NCBI GenBank assembly: GCA_964035545.1
Contig: OZ037767.1
Span: 18,506,259-18,570,258 of the forward strand
DNA: 64,000 nt
Source: Bugula neritina
Lineage: Eukaryota > Animalia > Bryozoa
Direction: 5' to 3'
How positions within the stretch are numbered: position 1 is the stretch's first letter; each line of letters starts with the position of its first letter. The position numbers were made by a program, and so were the translations under genes. Positions 52,563 to 64,000 of the stretch are shown here, piece by piece. The notes under the pieces were generated by a model, which made no database searches, was not told the DNA's origin, and saw only the letters and a list, made by a program, of their open reading frames with translations.

Positions 52563-55500
52563 TTACTGGCCTCTAAACAGTACATTTTTGTTGCTACATT
52601 GCCTGAAATTTAGTTTGTGCATAGCAATATTTGTTAGTTTAGCAATGTGGTGCTGGAATAAGTCATAATAAACTTCAATAAGCAAATTTAAAAGGGAGAA
52701 ATGATGATTTTCAATGCCTAATGATGTTTCCATGGAATGTTGAGCAATTCCAAATATGTCATATTTACCAATTTCTTGCTTCACATCTATTTGTAGCTGA
52801 AGTAATTTCACGAACTTTTGGCCTTTTAGGTGTTTGTGAGTGCATAAACAAGTGGTAATAACTCCATCTGAAGGTATAGTAAGCCCACCATTGTTTTTAA
52901 CATGCAATAGTTTTTTGAGCTTACCATACTTGAGACTGCAGCACTCCTTGTTCACTAGAGCTTGCCTGCACTCTAGACATGTTACTTTTCTTAGTGCCTT
53001 TCGGACAACCCACCCAGAGATGTAGACAACAACATTACCCAAAACAGGGCCAGCTAAAACCCTTACTTTTTCAGCAGGTTTTAACTCATCATGAATGAAG
53101 ATATCCGCATTATCTTCCTGAGAAAATGGTGGAATATAGCTAGTTGAAGCGAGAATAGCAGTTGTGTTATCTAATGGCTTAGAATTTCCTGAGTTGCCTG
53201 GATGTACACCACATCGGGTCACCAATTTTCTAAAGATAGACTGAAAGCCAGTTACAGATGGGTTATTATTCCATCCACCTAAAACAGATATTAGGTTGAC
53301 GACTTTAAAAAAATGCTTGGACATCAATTGCCTGTTCACAATTAATGATTGGATTACGTTTACCCAGAAAAAATGATGTTTTTTAGAACACAAGCAAAAC
53401 CTTGCATGCAATTAAGCCAAAAAAGTCATTTAATTTAAAAAATGCACAATTGCTTTGACACCACAGTTTTGGAAATTTTTGAAAATTCATTATTCTTGTT
53501 TCTTGATATTCAAAAGTTGATAAAATATACTTCATATTGCATGCATTTTAACCACTAAGCTCATGCAAAAAAATTCACTTTTCAACACAGTTGGTCCAGC
53601 CGACCATCTTAGTTGCACCTATCAAAGCAAAGTGAAAAACCGAACACCTGAAGGAAAGAGATAAGAGAGTAAGAGAACAAATGAACATGTTAACATAAGT
53701 GCATGCAGACTGGGCTTCATGCATAGCTGTTCAGAGCTATAGCATACCACAACGGCGAACTGCATTGAAGAAAAGCTCTAAATGGTCTTGCGAAAATTTA
53801 TACATTAGCAGATAGTCGAGTGTTTTAGGCACCAACAGTTTCTCCACCAACCCAAATACTGTGTCAATGGCACATACAAGTCCAGTAATACAAACATGTC
53901 TGTAAATAACATAAATAGGGACAGGCACATATTAGATCTGAAATATAAGCAATTAACACTTTCTTTGTTAATAGGAAATTTACCTTTTGGTCTTGTACAG
54001 AGGTATCCCTTCATTATTCTTTAGGCCTAGCAAATATTGCCGTGTATCTTTCAGAAAAGGAGTGATGACACTGATACCATTGAGATGTAAAGGCTGCTTG
54101 TAGCCTTTAGCTATTGCTGATCGACTATTCAGGATGTCAAACAACCGATCAACTCGCTACAGAAAAAGTAACATCAACAGAACATGGGACGATTGCAGTT
54201 ACAGTATTTTAAAGAAATAAAGCCAAAAGCTGTAACAAACCCTATTTATACCAGGCTTACAGTCAACATTTTCCATCCATCTATAAAACATTAATTGTTG
54301 TCACATGATGTAGTCAATATCTAAGGATTATTTTATTTCAAATGCTGATTAAAGAACATCTTACCGCCTCAGGGATCGTGGGGATGGGAGTGTCATGTAA
54401 CTTCTGAGAAACTCATAAGCCTTTGGTGAGTAGAGATGTAGCGTTAGTGCAAATTTTTGCTGACTTTCTGAGTATTTGCCACGGAGTGGAGTGAATAGGC
54501 CATCAGGAACATCTGTATGGTAATATCAACTTTAGACAGAGTTTCAACTGAAAATGTCAAGGCGTTATTAAATTGTAAAATCATACCAGCAAAACCTTTC
54601 AACTTTTCCTCCAATTCACCATTGATCAAACTTTTTTCTCTGACCAACTTGATGCATTCTGCAAGCTTCATTTTTGATCTTTTGGCACGTCTAGTTGAAT
54701 TGCTAACTTGCTTCTGTAATTGGCTAACCTTTTCTTCTAAAAACCTAACTCTTTGCTTCAAAGCATCGGGAGTGGTACTATAGCAATGATCCTGTATCAT
54801 ATGAAATTATTCAACTTTAATACAAAAATAACCAAATGTAGAAAAAATATATTATTATAGTATACAGCACAGCTATTTACCATAAAGTGGCAAGTAAATA
54901 CATCAATATTAAGTCATAGTTAAATAAGCTATCTAATAACCTTAAGAACTACAGCTGCTGAAGTGTTCAAGCTCATTTTAGTGGTTTCAATTGAAATCTC
55001 ATCTTTTTCTTCAGCACGGCGACTAGTATGAGTAGTTCGGGGAGTTCTTTTTCTCTAAAAATTGAAATATACAGATGTGCAAGCACAATAATTAATTTTA
55101 TCATTCCAATGACTGTTGCATGAATATCAACTTACTATAAGTCTCTCTGGAACAGCAACCAATTCCTCTGCTGGAACAGCTCCACTTCGCAAACGCCGAG
55201 GTTGGCTTGTGCTTTCGAAAGAATCGCTATAAAAATGATCGCTACACAGTAGAGATCTTTCACTAGGTTCTTCTTGGCGGCGAGAAACTTTCCACCAAAC
55301 ATTCCAACGACTGAAGTCCTTCTGCTTGTTGGGAAATCTAAATAAAAAAATACTGCACTAGCCAAAATTATTTACAAACTGATATGTTATGCTTTATCAA
55401 TAGTGCAACCTATTTAAACCATAAAAACATTAAAACTTTAGGTAACCGTAAAATCCAATATCAATCAACAGAAGATTTTCAATATTTATTAAAGAGAGTA

Positions 55501-56362
55501 AATTAATCCAGTAATGCTTTAAAAATAATAAACTTGCTGTAAATAACATCAACATAATAAAGTTGTTAGCAATAATAATAGTGACATCAATATGAGTAGA
55601 TATTCAGAGTGAGTCACTCACACTTCGACTTTCACATTTTCACATTGTGTAGTTACTGTTATTGTTGATCATAATAATACTATTAGTAATAGTACTATTC
55701 ATACTCATACTGATACTCGAATTATAATAACAATTTATGAGTAAGTTACTACTACTACTGAGTACCTGTACTGGTAGTAGTAGTAGTAGTAGTACTAGCA
55801 GTTGTAGTACTAGTGCTCTACTAATAACAATAACACTAGCAGTAGGCTAGTAGTACTAGCAGTTGTAGTACTAGTGCTCTAGTTTCAATAACACTAGCAG
55901 CAGGCTAGTAGTAGTAGTAGCAGTAGTAGTAGCAGCAGCAGTAGTAGTAGTAGTAGTAGCAGCAGCAGCAGTAGCAACAGCAGCAGCAGTAGTACTTTTA
56001 TACTGGTACCGTAAGTATAGCATTAGGCTTAGCTATTAGTATTACTATTAGTATTAGTGTATTACTATAGTACTACTATTACTAGTAGTAGACGTAGTAG
56101 AGTACTACTACTACTAGTACTAGTACTACTAGTAGGCAGCAGCACCGCTACCACAACTATTAAGCCTACTGTTACGCTAGTTAATGTATTACTTTTACTG
56201 ATTTTTGTAACTAAAGCCATATACTTACTTGTGAAAAGAGATTTTTTTGTCTTTACTGTAACTGCTGTACTGGTAGTTGCGGCAATTGTATGCATAACAC
56301 TGAGACCCAGTGGTCTTGCTTCTTTGACCCTTAGTTTGCTTAGGATACGGAGAATTCGACAT
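52563..56362 (-). pseudogene. THAP9/P-type transposase gene lacking its central catalytic exons
   Basis: Exons 56362-56229 and 55337-55136 (THAP: CYAYNC..FHKFP..W..LCSDHF..AVP), 55054-54941, 54791-54587 (DHCYS plus coiled coil), 54512-54365 (FALTLHLYSPKAYEFLR), 54280-~54250 (WMENVDCKPG), then jumps to DRLFDILNSR, YKFSQDHLELFFNAVR and GGWNNNPS..YISGWVVRK..GGLTIPS. Confidence 0.88.
55745..56140. repeat. (AGT/AGC/ACT)n low-complexity tract in intron 1 of the transposase gene
   Basis: Directly visible. Confidence 0.85.
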
Positions 56363-58070
56363 GTTCAACGAAGTAGAGGTGATAGAGAACACAATTAAAT
56401 AAAAATATAGTTGCTTGAGATATAAAGCAGGACAAAAAACAAAGTTTAAAAGTGAGATTCACTCAATCGAAATGATGGACGACCGGCTCTATTTTCTCCC
56501 GCTAGAAAAAGAGCATGCTCGGGCTCACAAAGCCAATCGGCAACGAGGTTACATTACAAAGTACACCCGTACCCATTCCAGATATTATTGAGTTCATTGC
56601 CTACTCTTTTCAATTTCCACGAGAGGACAACCCTAGAATTTAAAATGATTTTAACTGTGAATAACTTATTTGGCAATGGATTTGCCATAAAATGAAAAAT
56701 TCTTTCCATAGAAATATTTTATAGTAAGTGATTTGTCTGGGGATTTTTTCTGCCATCCAAATTTTAACACAACACAAAAATGGATATAGAGTTGAGAAAA
56801 ATAGTTTTTCTTTTCTTCTTGCTAATGACATGAAATTATTCCAGTACATAGAAAAGAGAGTGAAAATAGAAAAAATGAAGTGGGGGTTGAGTTACATAAG
56901 CCTGAAGTTACATAAGCACAATCTAAAGACATGAGCATGGCAAACACATGTCTATATCAACAAGCCAGTCAGTAGAGATACTGTGTCCACTTTGTTGACA
57001 TACAGTTTAGAGTTGACCACTAAGCAGATAAACTAATGGCCAAGCCCACCACTTTGAGCAAAGTTACTAGTTTAGAAACTCATGAGAAGGGCAAGTCAAA
57101 TCATTGTTTAAACAAGTTATGTAAAACTACTTCTTGAAAAAAAATCAATTATATAAATATAACATATGTATGAATGCACCGACCAAATCATATTAGTTGT
57201 ATTTAATTTTGGAGTGTGCTTAAAATAATAAACACAATTATTAGAATTCAGGCAGAATGCAGTCAGCAGATTGAATATAAATAATATATTTCACGCTTCA
57301 GTTTTAGCTATATTGATTATAATGATAATTAGTAATATTCAGTTGATAATGACTAAAATTATGAATTTCTAGTAGTGATAGCCTTTCTAAAAACAATATT
57401 TCTACTAGGATAAAACTCAAATCAAAAATAAACAATGTAATTAAAAAGTACAATCAAGTAGTATTGAATAAATCTTAAAGTTTCCTTGTTATGAAACTTG
57501 TGTTTGTATTTTCCACAAACTGAATGACACAACAAAATTGCAAGAAACTTCCACACTTTCAGAAAGATTTGTTTTCAAAACTGTATTGATGAAATACCTC
57601 ACCAAAAAATTCATGTAAGTCATCAAAACTCATCAACTACAGTTAATTAGAAGTTGCCTACTCAAAGTGGGAGGTATAATATAAAATATATTGAGGAGAC
57701 AACTTCTAATTTAACTCAAATTCAATTTGACAACTAACAGGCAGGCCAGAGTTGAACGAACTGCAATTGCAAACTCCCAAAGGGAACAGCAAGTTGAAGA
57801 ATAAAATCCTCATCAACACCACTTGATTTTAATGCTTTTTTTGCTTTCTCTGTGTAAACTAAAGCCAACATTATGTAGGCGAAAAATATTTAATAAATAA
57901 ACTTTCAACAGTTAGGGGGCATCAATAAAAGCTCATATTAGAGTTTAAACTTTCACCAAAGGTGTTGTACCCAAAACTAAACACCTTTAACAAGTTTGGC
58001 TAAAAGGGCTGCTTAAAGGGTTTACCACACAGCTAATTAACTAAATATATATGGTAAACACTGGGGGTAC

Positions 58071-58151
58071 CTTAAGATCTTTATCATCTGTCTGTTTGTC
58101 TGCTTTTCCAGCTTCTGCCAGCAGATGAATTGAAGTCTGATCTTCTTCCAT
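58071..58151 (-). CDS. Candidate alternative first coding exon of the GLUT gene (MEEDQTSIHLLAEAGKADKQTDDKDLK)
   Basis: ATG-initiated 27 codons ending AAG|GT in phase 0, compatible with the phase-0 acceptor at 48125; donor GTACCC is weak. Confidence 0.45.
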
Positions 58152-60281
58152 AACACAGACTAGTAGAACTACTGCAGCCCCATGTTGGTCCTAAAGGAAT
58201 GCCTGCTAGGTTTAGTAACTCCAACAATTAGCAGAATTGAAAAATCAATAATTTGAGCTCAACAAAGAGAAGCTATTGTTCTAATGGTTGTAGCAATATT
58301 TACACTGTAAAGTTGATCACACCAAATAGAGTATTAAACAATCCAGCTATAATGGCTGTGACATGGTTATGAAACACTCTATGGTTATGAAACACATTAA
58401 ATGGCTTTCATCTATAATAATAATTTGTAAATCAAATTAGCTAAGAAAACACAAGTGAAGTGAACGCAAAGTGGAGGGACAAAGTCTATTACCTCAGTAT
58501 GAGCATTGGTAGGTGAGGTATAGCCTTTGTGTCACAGCAGGATAGCCATCAGCAAGCTAAGAAACTGTCAACGTAAATATTTCGATATTGAATACAGAGC
58601 AAAAGTCCAAAATTTTCTAAAACAATTAGTTTCACATCTCTTTGTTTTTTTCACACCTATGCAATGTCTTATTTAGTGTAAACTGACATTGAAATATATT
58701 GCAGCTAATTTTACTCTTTCAAAAGGATTCAAACTTAAATAATATAACAATAATATAAATATATTCATTTATATATCATTAAATTTAATGCAATAAGAAA
58801 GTTCAACGATATTCTTATAGTTATATAAACTATAATAATATATTTATATTGATTAGTTATTAGATAGTATTAGTGATACTAGGCAGATTGAGGTTATTAC
58901 TAATAGCAATAGACTAATAGCAATACTAAATAGTAAGATAATTATACGTAGTAATTACTACTTGTACTCCTAAGTACTATTACTATTATTATTTTTATTA
59001 CTATTAGAATCAGTTAATGTAATAGTATTGGCACTATTAATATTATTACTATTACTATTAGCATTATACTTTCACTTAGGACTTACAAGTAGGAACTGGT
59101 AGTACTGGCAATTGGCTTTAGCCCTCAAGCCCTAACCATTGGGCGTTGTGGTGGTTGTCAATAAATTTTAATTTCGATTTTAATAATCTTAATCATAATG
59201 ATGATAATGATGATCAATCAGTCACAATGACAATTAGAATTAATATTACAACGTCAACAGTGCTATTAGTATTAGTATTACTATTAGTATTACTATTAGT
59301 ATTTTACTATTTTTATCTCTATCACTATAAGTATAAGATTAAGTAGGTTGATAATCAATATCATTATTTAATTAAATTTAATGATTATAAAAAAATATAA
59401 TTATCATATTTAATTTATATTATGATTATCACTTAGAGTTAGTTTAACTTTAATTTATGAGACTGAGTTATGAGTTACCAGTTACTGTTAGTGCTACACT
59501 TACAGTAACAGTTACTTGGTGATTGGTCTAACTCTAGTAACTGTAAGTCTTACTCTTAGTTTTAGTCTTACAGTTACGAACTCTAAGTTACAGTTTGAGT
59601 CAGTGTTATACTTACTCTTACTCTTAGTAACTGTAAGTGTCTTAATCTTATTATTAAGTTATTCTCACCTATCTCCGCTTTGTCCTGTTCGGGTAGCAGT
59701 TAGTCTTAATCTTAGAGTTAGTGTAAGTCAAACTCAAAGTGTTATGCCATCGATCATTGATGATATTGATTGTCTTATGACACTACGGTTATGAAATGAT
59801 GGTCGTTATAATTTTGATAAATAACTATTAAATAAAAGCAGAAACTGACAAGTTGATTGACAATTCCAAGTTTTGCAGCATTCATCCCAGTAAAAACGTA
59901 ACTAATACTAATATTCAATATTAAAAATATAGAAACGTAGAATAATGTAACCGACCCAAGTGTTGCAGCCAATGCGGGTGCTTGCGCGCTGGAGTATAAT
60001 AACATATGGATCGCTAGAGGCAGCACAAAGTTCAAATTTTTGAACCCAATGTTTTTTTGAACGTTTATTCTCAACTACAAACTTAATGGCGTAAAACCAC
60101 TGCACTCAATGACCACCAACTTTGTGCTGTTCTAAGCGATTTCTTAAAAAGTTCACATTGAAATTATTTTAATAGTGTTTTTGTTGGCATCGTGAATTTT
60201 TGTTCGGGAAATTCTCAAACGTCCCCTACCTAGAAAGTTCTTGCTCACTGAAGTGGCACAAGCACTGAAATAAAACTTATA

Positions 60282-60328
60282 GTTATAACCTATGAACTGA
60301 ATAATTATTCCAGCTCAGTGGTTATAAC
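60282..60328. mobile_element. P-element excision footprint (8-bp TSD + 31 bp of fused TIR ends + TSD)
   Basis: GTTATAAC-CTATGAACTGAATAAT-TATTCCAGCTCAGTG-GTTATAAC; halves match the two ends of the 51896-56599 element at 14/16 and 15/15. Confidence 0.85.
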
Positions 60329-61430
60329 ATTTCAATGGGAATACAACTATAACCATGCAATATTACATTCCAGTGATAACAACAGCCATGTGTTTCTGAC
60401 ACCATGACAAATGATCTAAATTGGTCTACTTTGGTCTATGCATATAGTGATTTTTTGTCATATGCATGAAGTTTGATCTAATTTCTAAATATTATATGCT
60501 GCAATATGCATGTCTCTTTTTATACATTGATGCACAGGCTACTAAGTTTGACATTTCCTTATTTGCAAAGTAGAGGTCAGTTGCTTTAATATCTACCACA
60601 AATTATTTCTATAACTTGTTTGCTAAAGCAAATGCACACCCTCGAAGCCCGTAATGTTTTGTGTACACAATATTATTTTAAGTTAGTAAATTTAAACCTC
60701 AATTATTCAACACAGCCGGCAATCTCTGCATAACAAGTTGCTTTACTTATTCTTATCATAGATGTTTTGATAATCTGACCTAAGAGAAAATTTGATGAAC
60801 ACAACACAGTGGTAAATGCAACTACAAAATAATAGTCAAAATCACATTTCAAAGTCATCTAAATATTCTAAAAGCTGACTACCAAAACCAAGACTAAGGG
60901 AACACATGTCCAGGCAAGCACTAACAAATAATCCTTATATTATTATTTAAGGGCATGTTTTGGAGCCAAAAACAAAATAATCCACTAAATTAACAGATGA
61001 TATGCTGTCTAAATTCACCATGGATATTCTCTTTTTGTATAAGTTATATTATTAGTAATAAGTTTGCATTATCACTAGCAGTAGTTTTAGTTGTATGGAA
61101 GTGTGAAATATAAATAATATCTGCAAAACTTCACAGGATCACATTTATTAAGGCACTACTATCTAAAATGATTTCCAGCCCTGAAACCATATAGCAAATA
61201 CAATTTTTTTTTTGTTTTGCCTGACACCCATATGAGCACACAGCTTCTAACAGCTTTTAAAATAAAGGTATTATAACGTTCATAATTACTAACAAAAATA
61301 AAATTTAATCTTTTAAAATTGTGAAACTTGAAAGAGCAGTATTTACTTTTGGTACGAAGACAACAAAATCTATTGTTATAATTATAAGGCAAAGAGTCAA
61401 TAGCGTGTGATCCAGTCACAGTGATAAGTT

Positions 61431-61473
61431 GGGGCGGCTCTGCCAGTGTCCCTGAGGAATGGCAAGGTGCCCC
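61431..61473 (-). promoter_or_regulatory. GC-rich stem-loop 9 nt downstream of the AMD1 UGA stop (candidate readthrough stimulator)
   Basis: Minus strand GGGGC-AC-CT-TGCCA-TTCC-TCA-GGGA-CAC-TGGCA-GAG-CC-GCCCC: GGGGC/GCCCC, TGCCA/TGGCA and TTCC/GGGA pair. Function is inference. Confidence 0.5.
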
Positions 61474-61482
61474 TATTGAATC

Positions 61483-63099
61483 TCAGCTATAGGTGTTTTT
61501 GTAGAAGCTGTAACTGAGATTGTAGTCTTTGACAATAGCCATGTTGAAGTCAGTTCTCTGGTAGTTACCAACTGTCTCCCAGTTGTCGGCCAGCTCCAGG
61601 TGGATGTCTTTCGCCACAGAAGTCTAAAAACACCAACTAGTGTGTGAGTAGTGCGAATGAGTACTGTGTGTGAGTACTGTGTGTGGAGTACTGTGAGTGA
61701 GTAGTGTGAGTGAGCACTGTGAGTGAGTAGTGTGAGTAGTGAGTACTGTGAGTAAGTAGTGTGAGTGAGCACTGTGAGTAGTGAGTACTGTGAGTAGTGA
61801 GTGAGCACTGTGAGTAAGTAGTGTGGGTGAGTACTGTGAGTGAGCACTGTGAGTGAGCACTGTGAGTAGTGAGTACTGTGAGTAAGTAGTGTGGGTGAGT
61901 AGTGTGAGTAGTGAGTACTGTGAGTAAGTAGTGTGGGTGAGCACTGTGAGTGAGTAGTGAGTAGTGAGTACTGTGAGTAAGTAGTGTGGGTGAGTACTGT
62001 GAGTGAGTAGTGTGAGTAGTGAGTAGTGTCAGTGAGTAGTGTGGGTGAGTACTGTGTGAGGAAATCTGTGATGAGAAGTTGGAGATACATACTGTCAGGA
62101 TCCACTTGATGAGAGAACACAACTCCCAGTCACATCAGCAAAACATCACATCAATGTATTATTGAGTATCTAAATTACCAAGTATTTACTCACCTTATTA
62201 GCGAATATGGTGAGGGATGTACGGCCAGGTTTGAAGACATCCACCACTTTCTGGAACAGCTCCTTGTAGTTGTCCAGAGGTACGTTAGTCTCAAAGCTGA
62301 CGTAAGCAAACTCAGGCTCAGGGGTGATGTGGATAGTCCAGTACTGACCCTAAAAGACAGCACAGCCCACATCCCTGATGATTCTTATAAAAACATGTCA
62401 GAGTCGGAATCAGAGTGAAGATGGCAGATTAGAGCAGCACCTGACTTGAATCAAAACAACTCATGTGATGTCCAATCATATGAGGAAATGGTCAAATGAC
62501 AAGTCAGCTTATGTAAAAACATGTCTAAGTGAAAGCTGTCTTATTTCACTTGGACATGTTTTTACATAAGCTGACTTGTCATGTGACCATTTCCTCTTAT
62601 GATTGGACATCACATGAGTTGTTTTGATTCAAGTCAGGTGCTGCTCTAACCTGCCATCTTCACTCTGATTCTGACCCTGACATTTTTTTATACGTGGCCC
62701 TACTGGTAGCATGGATTCCATGAAGGCAACTAGCACAATTTACATCTTCTTAAATTAAACAATCTAATTTTGTAATAATTCTCTCTTATATATAAATTTA
62801 ATGCAAAATAAAAAAGTAATTTATGGTAACTTTTATACCCATATAAATTCTTTATTGTAGCATTTCATTATATTTGCTCACTACTTGTAGTAAAACCTTA
62901 CTTTCTTCACTTGTATACTTATTTAAGCAAGCTTGAGCACAATACAAGTCTAGATATGTTAGACACAACGCTATTGGTTGAATACACCTAGAGAGATGAC
63001 ACTTACGTTAGGCAGGATGCCATTGGCTGAATACCCACACGGCTCAAACAGGTGTTCATCAATCACAGATTTGGGGAGAATCTTGTCTATCCCAGAATT
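61483..63099 (-). CDS. AMD1: S-adenosylmethionine decarboxylase proenzyme, last three exons (5' part beyond the window)
   Basis: Exons 63099-63007 ([26 protein letters not shown]), 62349-62194 ([28 protein letters not shown]), 61623-61483 (..[14 protein letters not shown]), all phase 0. Confidence 0.95.
61638..62060. repeat. Degenerate GTGAGTA/CTGTGAGT simple repeat in the last AMD1 intron
   Basis: Directly visible; source of T/H/L-rich ORFs. Confidence 0.9.
62386..62692. mobile_element. ~305-bp near-perfect hairpin element (MITE-like) in an AMD1 intron
   Basis: Arms of ~150 bp (TATAAAAACATGTCAGAGTC.. / ..GACCCTGACATTTTTTTATA) around a ~9-nt loop near 62540. Confidence 0.85.
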
Positions 63100-63119
63100 C
63101 TAAAATATGAGAAATAATG

Positions 63120-64000
63120 CAGAGTATCTCTCAGTACAGAGTATCTCTTAGTACAGAGTATCTCTTAGTATAGAGTATCTCTCAGTACAGAGTATCTCTC
63201 AGTACAGAGTATCTCTTAGTATAGAGTATCTCTTAGTATAGAGTATCTCTCAGTATAGAGTATCTCTTAGTATAGAGTATCTCTTAGTATAGAGTATCTC
63301 TTAGTATAGAGTATCTCTCAGTATAGAGTATCTCTCAGTACAGAGTATCTCTCAGTACAGAGTATCTCTCAGTACAGAGTATCTCTCAGTACAGAGTATC
63401 TCTCAGTACAGAGTATCTCTCAGTATAGAGTATCTCTCAGTACAGAGTATCTCTCAGTACAGAGTATCTCTCAGTACAGAGTATCTCTCAGTACAGAGTA
63501 TCTCTTAGTATAGAGTATCTCTTAGTATAGAGTATCTCTCAGTATAGAGTATCTCTTAGTATAGAGTATCTCTTAGTATAGAGTATCTCTTAGTATAGAG
63601 TATCTCTTAGTATAGAGTATCTCTCAGTATAGAGTATCTCTTAGTATAGAGTATCTCTTAGTATAGAGTATCTCTTAGTATAGAGTATCTCTCAGTATAG
63701 AGTATCTCTCAGTACAGAGTATCTCTTAGCATAGAGTATCTCTCAGTACAGAGTATCTCTTAGTACAGAGTATCTCTCAGTACAGAGTATCTCTTAGTAC
63801 AGAGTATCTCTCAGTACAGAGTATCTCTCAGTACAGAGTATCTCTTAGTATAGAGTATCTCTCAGTACAGAGTATCTCTTAGTACAGAGTATCTCTTAGT
63901 ATAGAGTATCTCTCAGTACAGAGTATCTCTCAGTACAGAGTATCTCTCAGTACAGAGTATCTCTTAGTACAGAGTATCTCTCAGTACAGAGTATCTCTTA
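63120..64000. repeat. 17-bp satellite (CAGAGTATCTCTCAGTA), >50 copies, runs off the window
   Basis: Directly visible; begins just beyond the AMD1 acceptor at 63100. Confidence 0.97.

Larger units (their letters stand above)
51896..56599 (-). mobile_element. P-element superfamily (THAP9-like) DNA transposon, 4704 bp, internally deleted
   Basis: Perfect 8-bp TSD CCTACTCT (51888-51895 and 56600-56607); imperfect TIRs CACTGAGCTGGAATATACCTGGA vs CAATGAACTCAATAATATCTGGA (16/23); encloses a THAP-transposase gene. Confidence 0.88.

Noticed and set aside
52563-56362. Domesticated host THAP9 gene
   Set aside because: Bounded by TIRs and a TSD and missing catalytic exons, so it is a transposon copy.
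51610-56970. AACAAGCCA direct repeat as the P-element TSD
   Set aside because: No inverted termini next to it; the CCTACTCT pair with TIRs fits far better.
60420-60670. Possible CR1/L2 RT remnant (HYGLRG on the minus strand)
   Set aside because: Too short and degraded to support without a search.
61473-62122. Three long Thr/His/Leu-rich minus-strand ORFs
   Set aside because: Simple repeat in the last AMD1 intron; the true exon 61623-61483 uses a different frame from the 215-aa ORF.

Overview
AT-rich, intron-containing animal genomic DNA (GT-AG introns, many micro/minisatellites; an invertebrate, probably a lophotrochozoan - inference only). Host genes read by manual splicing: a zinc-ribbon/Thr-rich/chromodomain gene (+), a multipass membrane protein gene (+, 5' end unresolved), MINDY4/FAM188B deubiquitinase (-), a GT31 beta-1,3-glycosyltransferase (+), a C8orf33/UPF0488 homolog (+), a GLUT/SLC2A sugar transporter (-) and the 3' end of AMD1/SAM decarboxylase (-). 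Mobile DNA: an RTE fragment, tRNA-derived SINEs, a Penelope-like retroelement with an inverted terminal repeat and three hammerhead ribozyme motifs, an internally deleted P-element (THAP9-like) with imperfect TIRs and an 8-bp TSD, MITEs and foldback elements. Most notable: (1) the AMD1 UGA stop is followed 9 nt later by a GC-rich stem-loop and a 107-codon in-frame open tail, a candidate programmed readthrough module; (2) a 31-bp P-element excision footprint matching the ends of the nearby element; (3) a cluster of minimal hammerheads of two types in (TA)n tracts; (4) a KP-repressor-like truncated P transposase; (5) the zinc-ribbon/chromodomain architecture. All calls are by eye, with no database searches.
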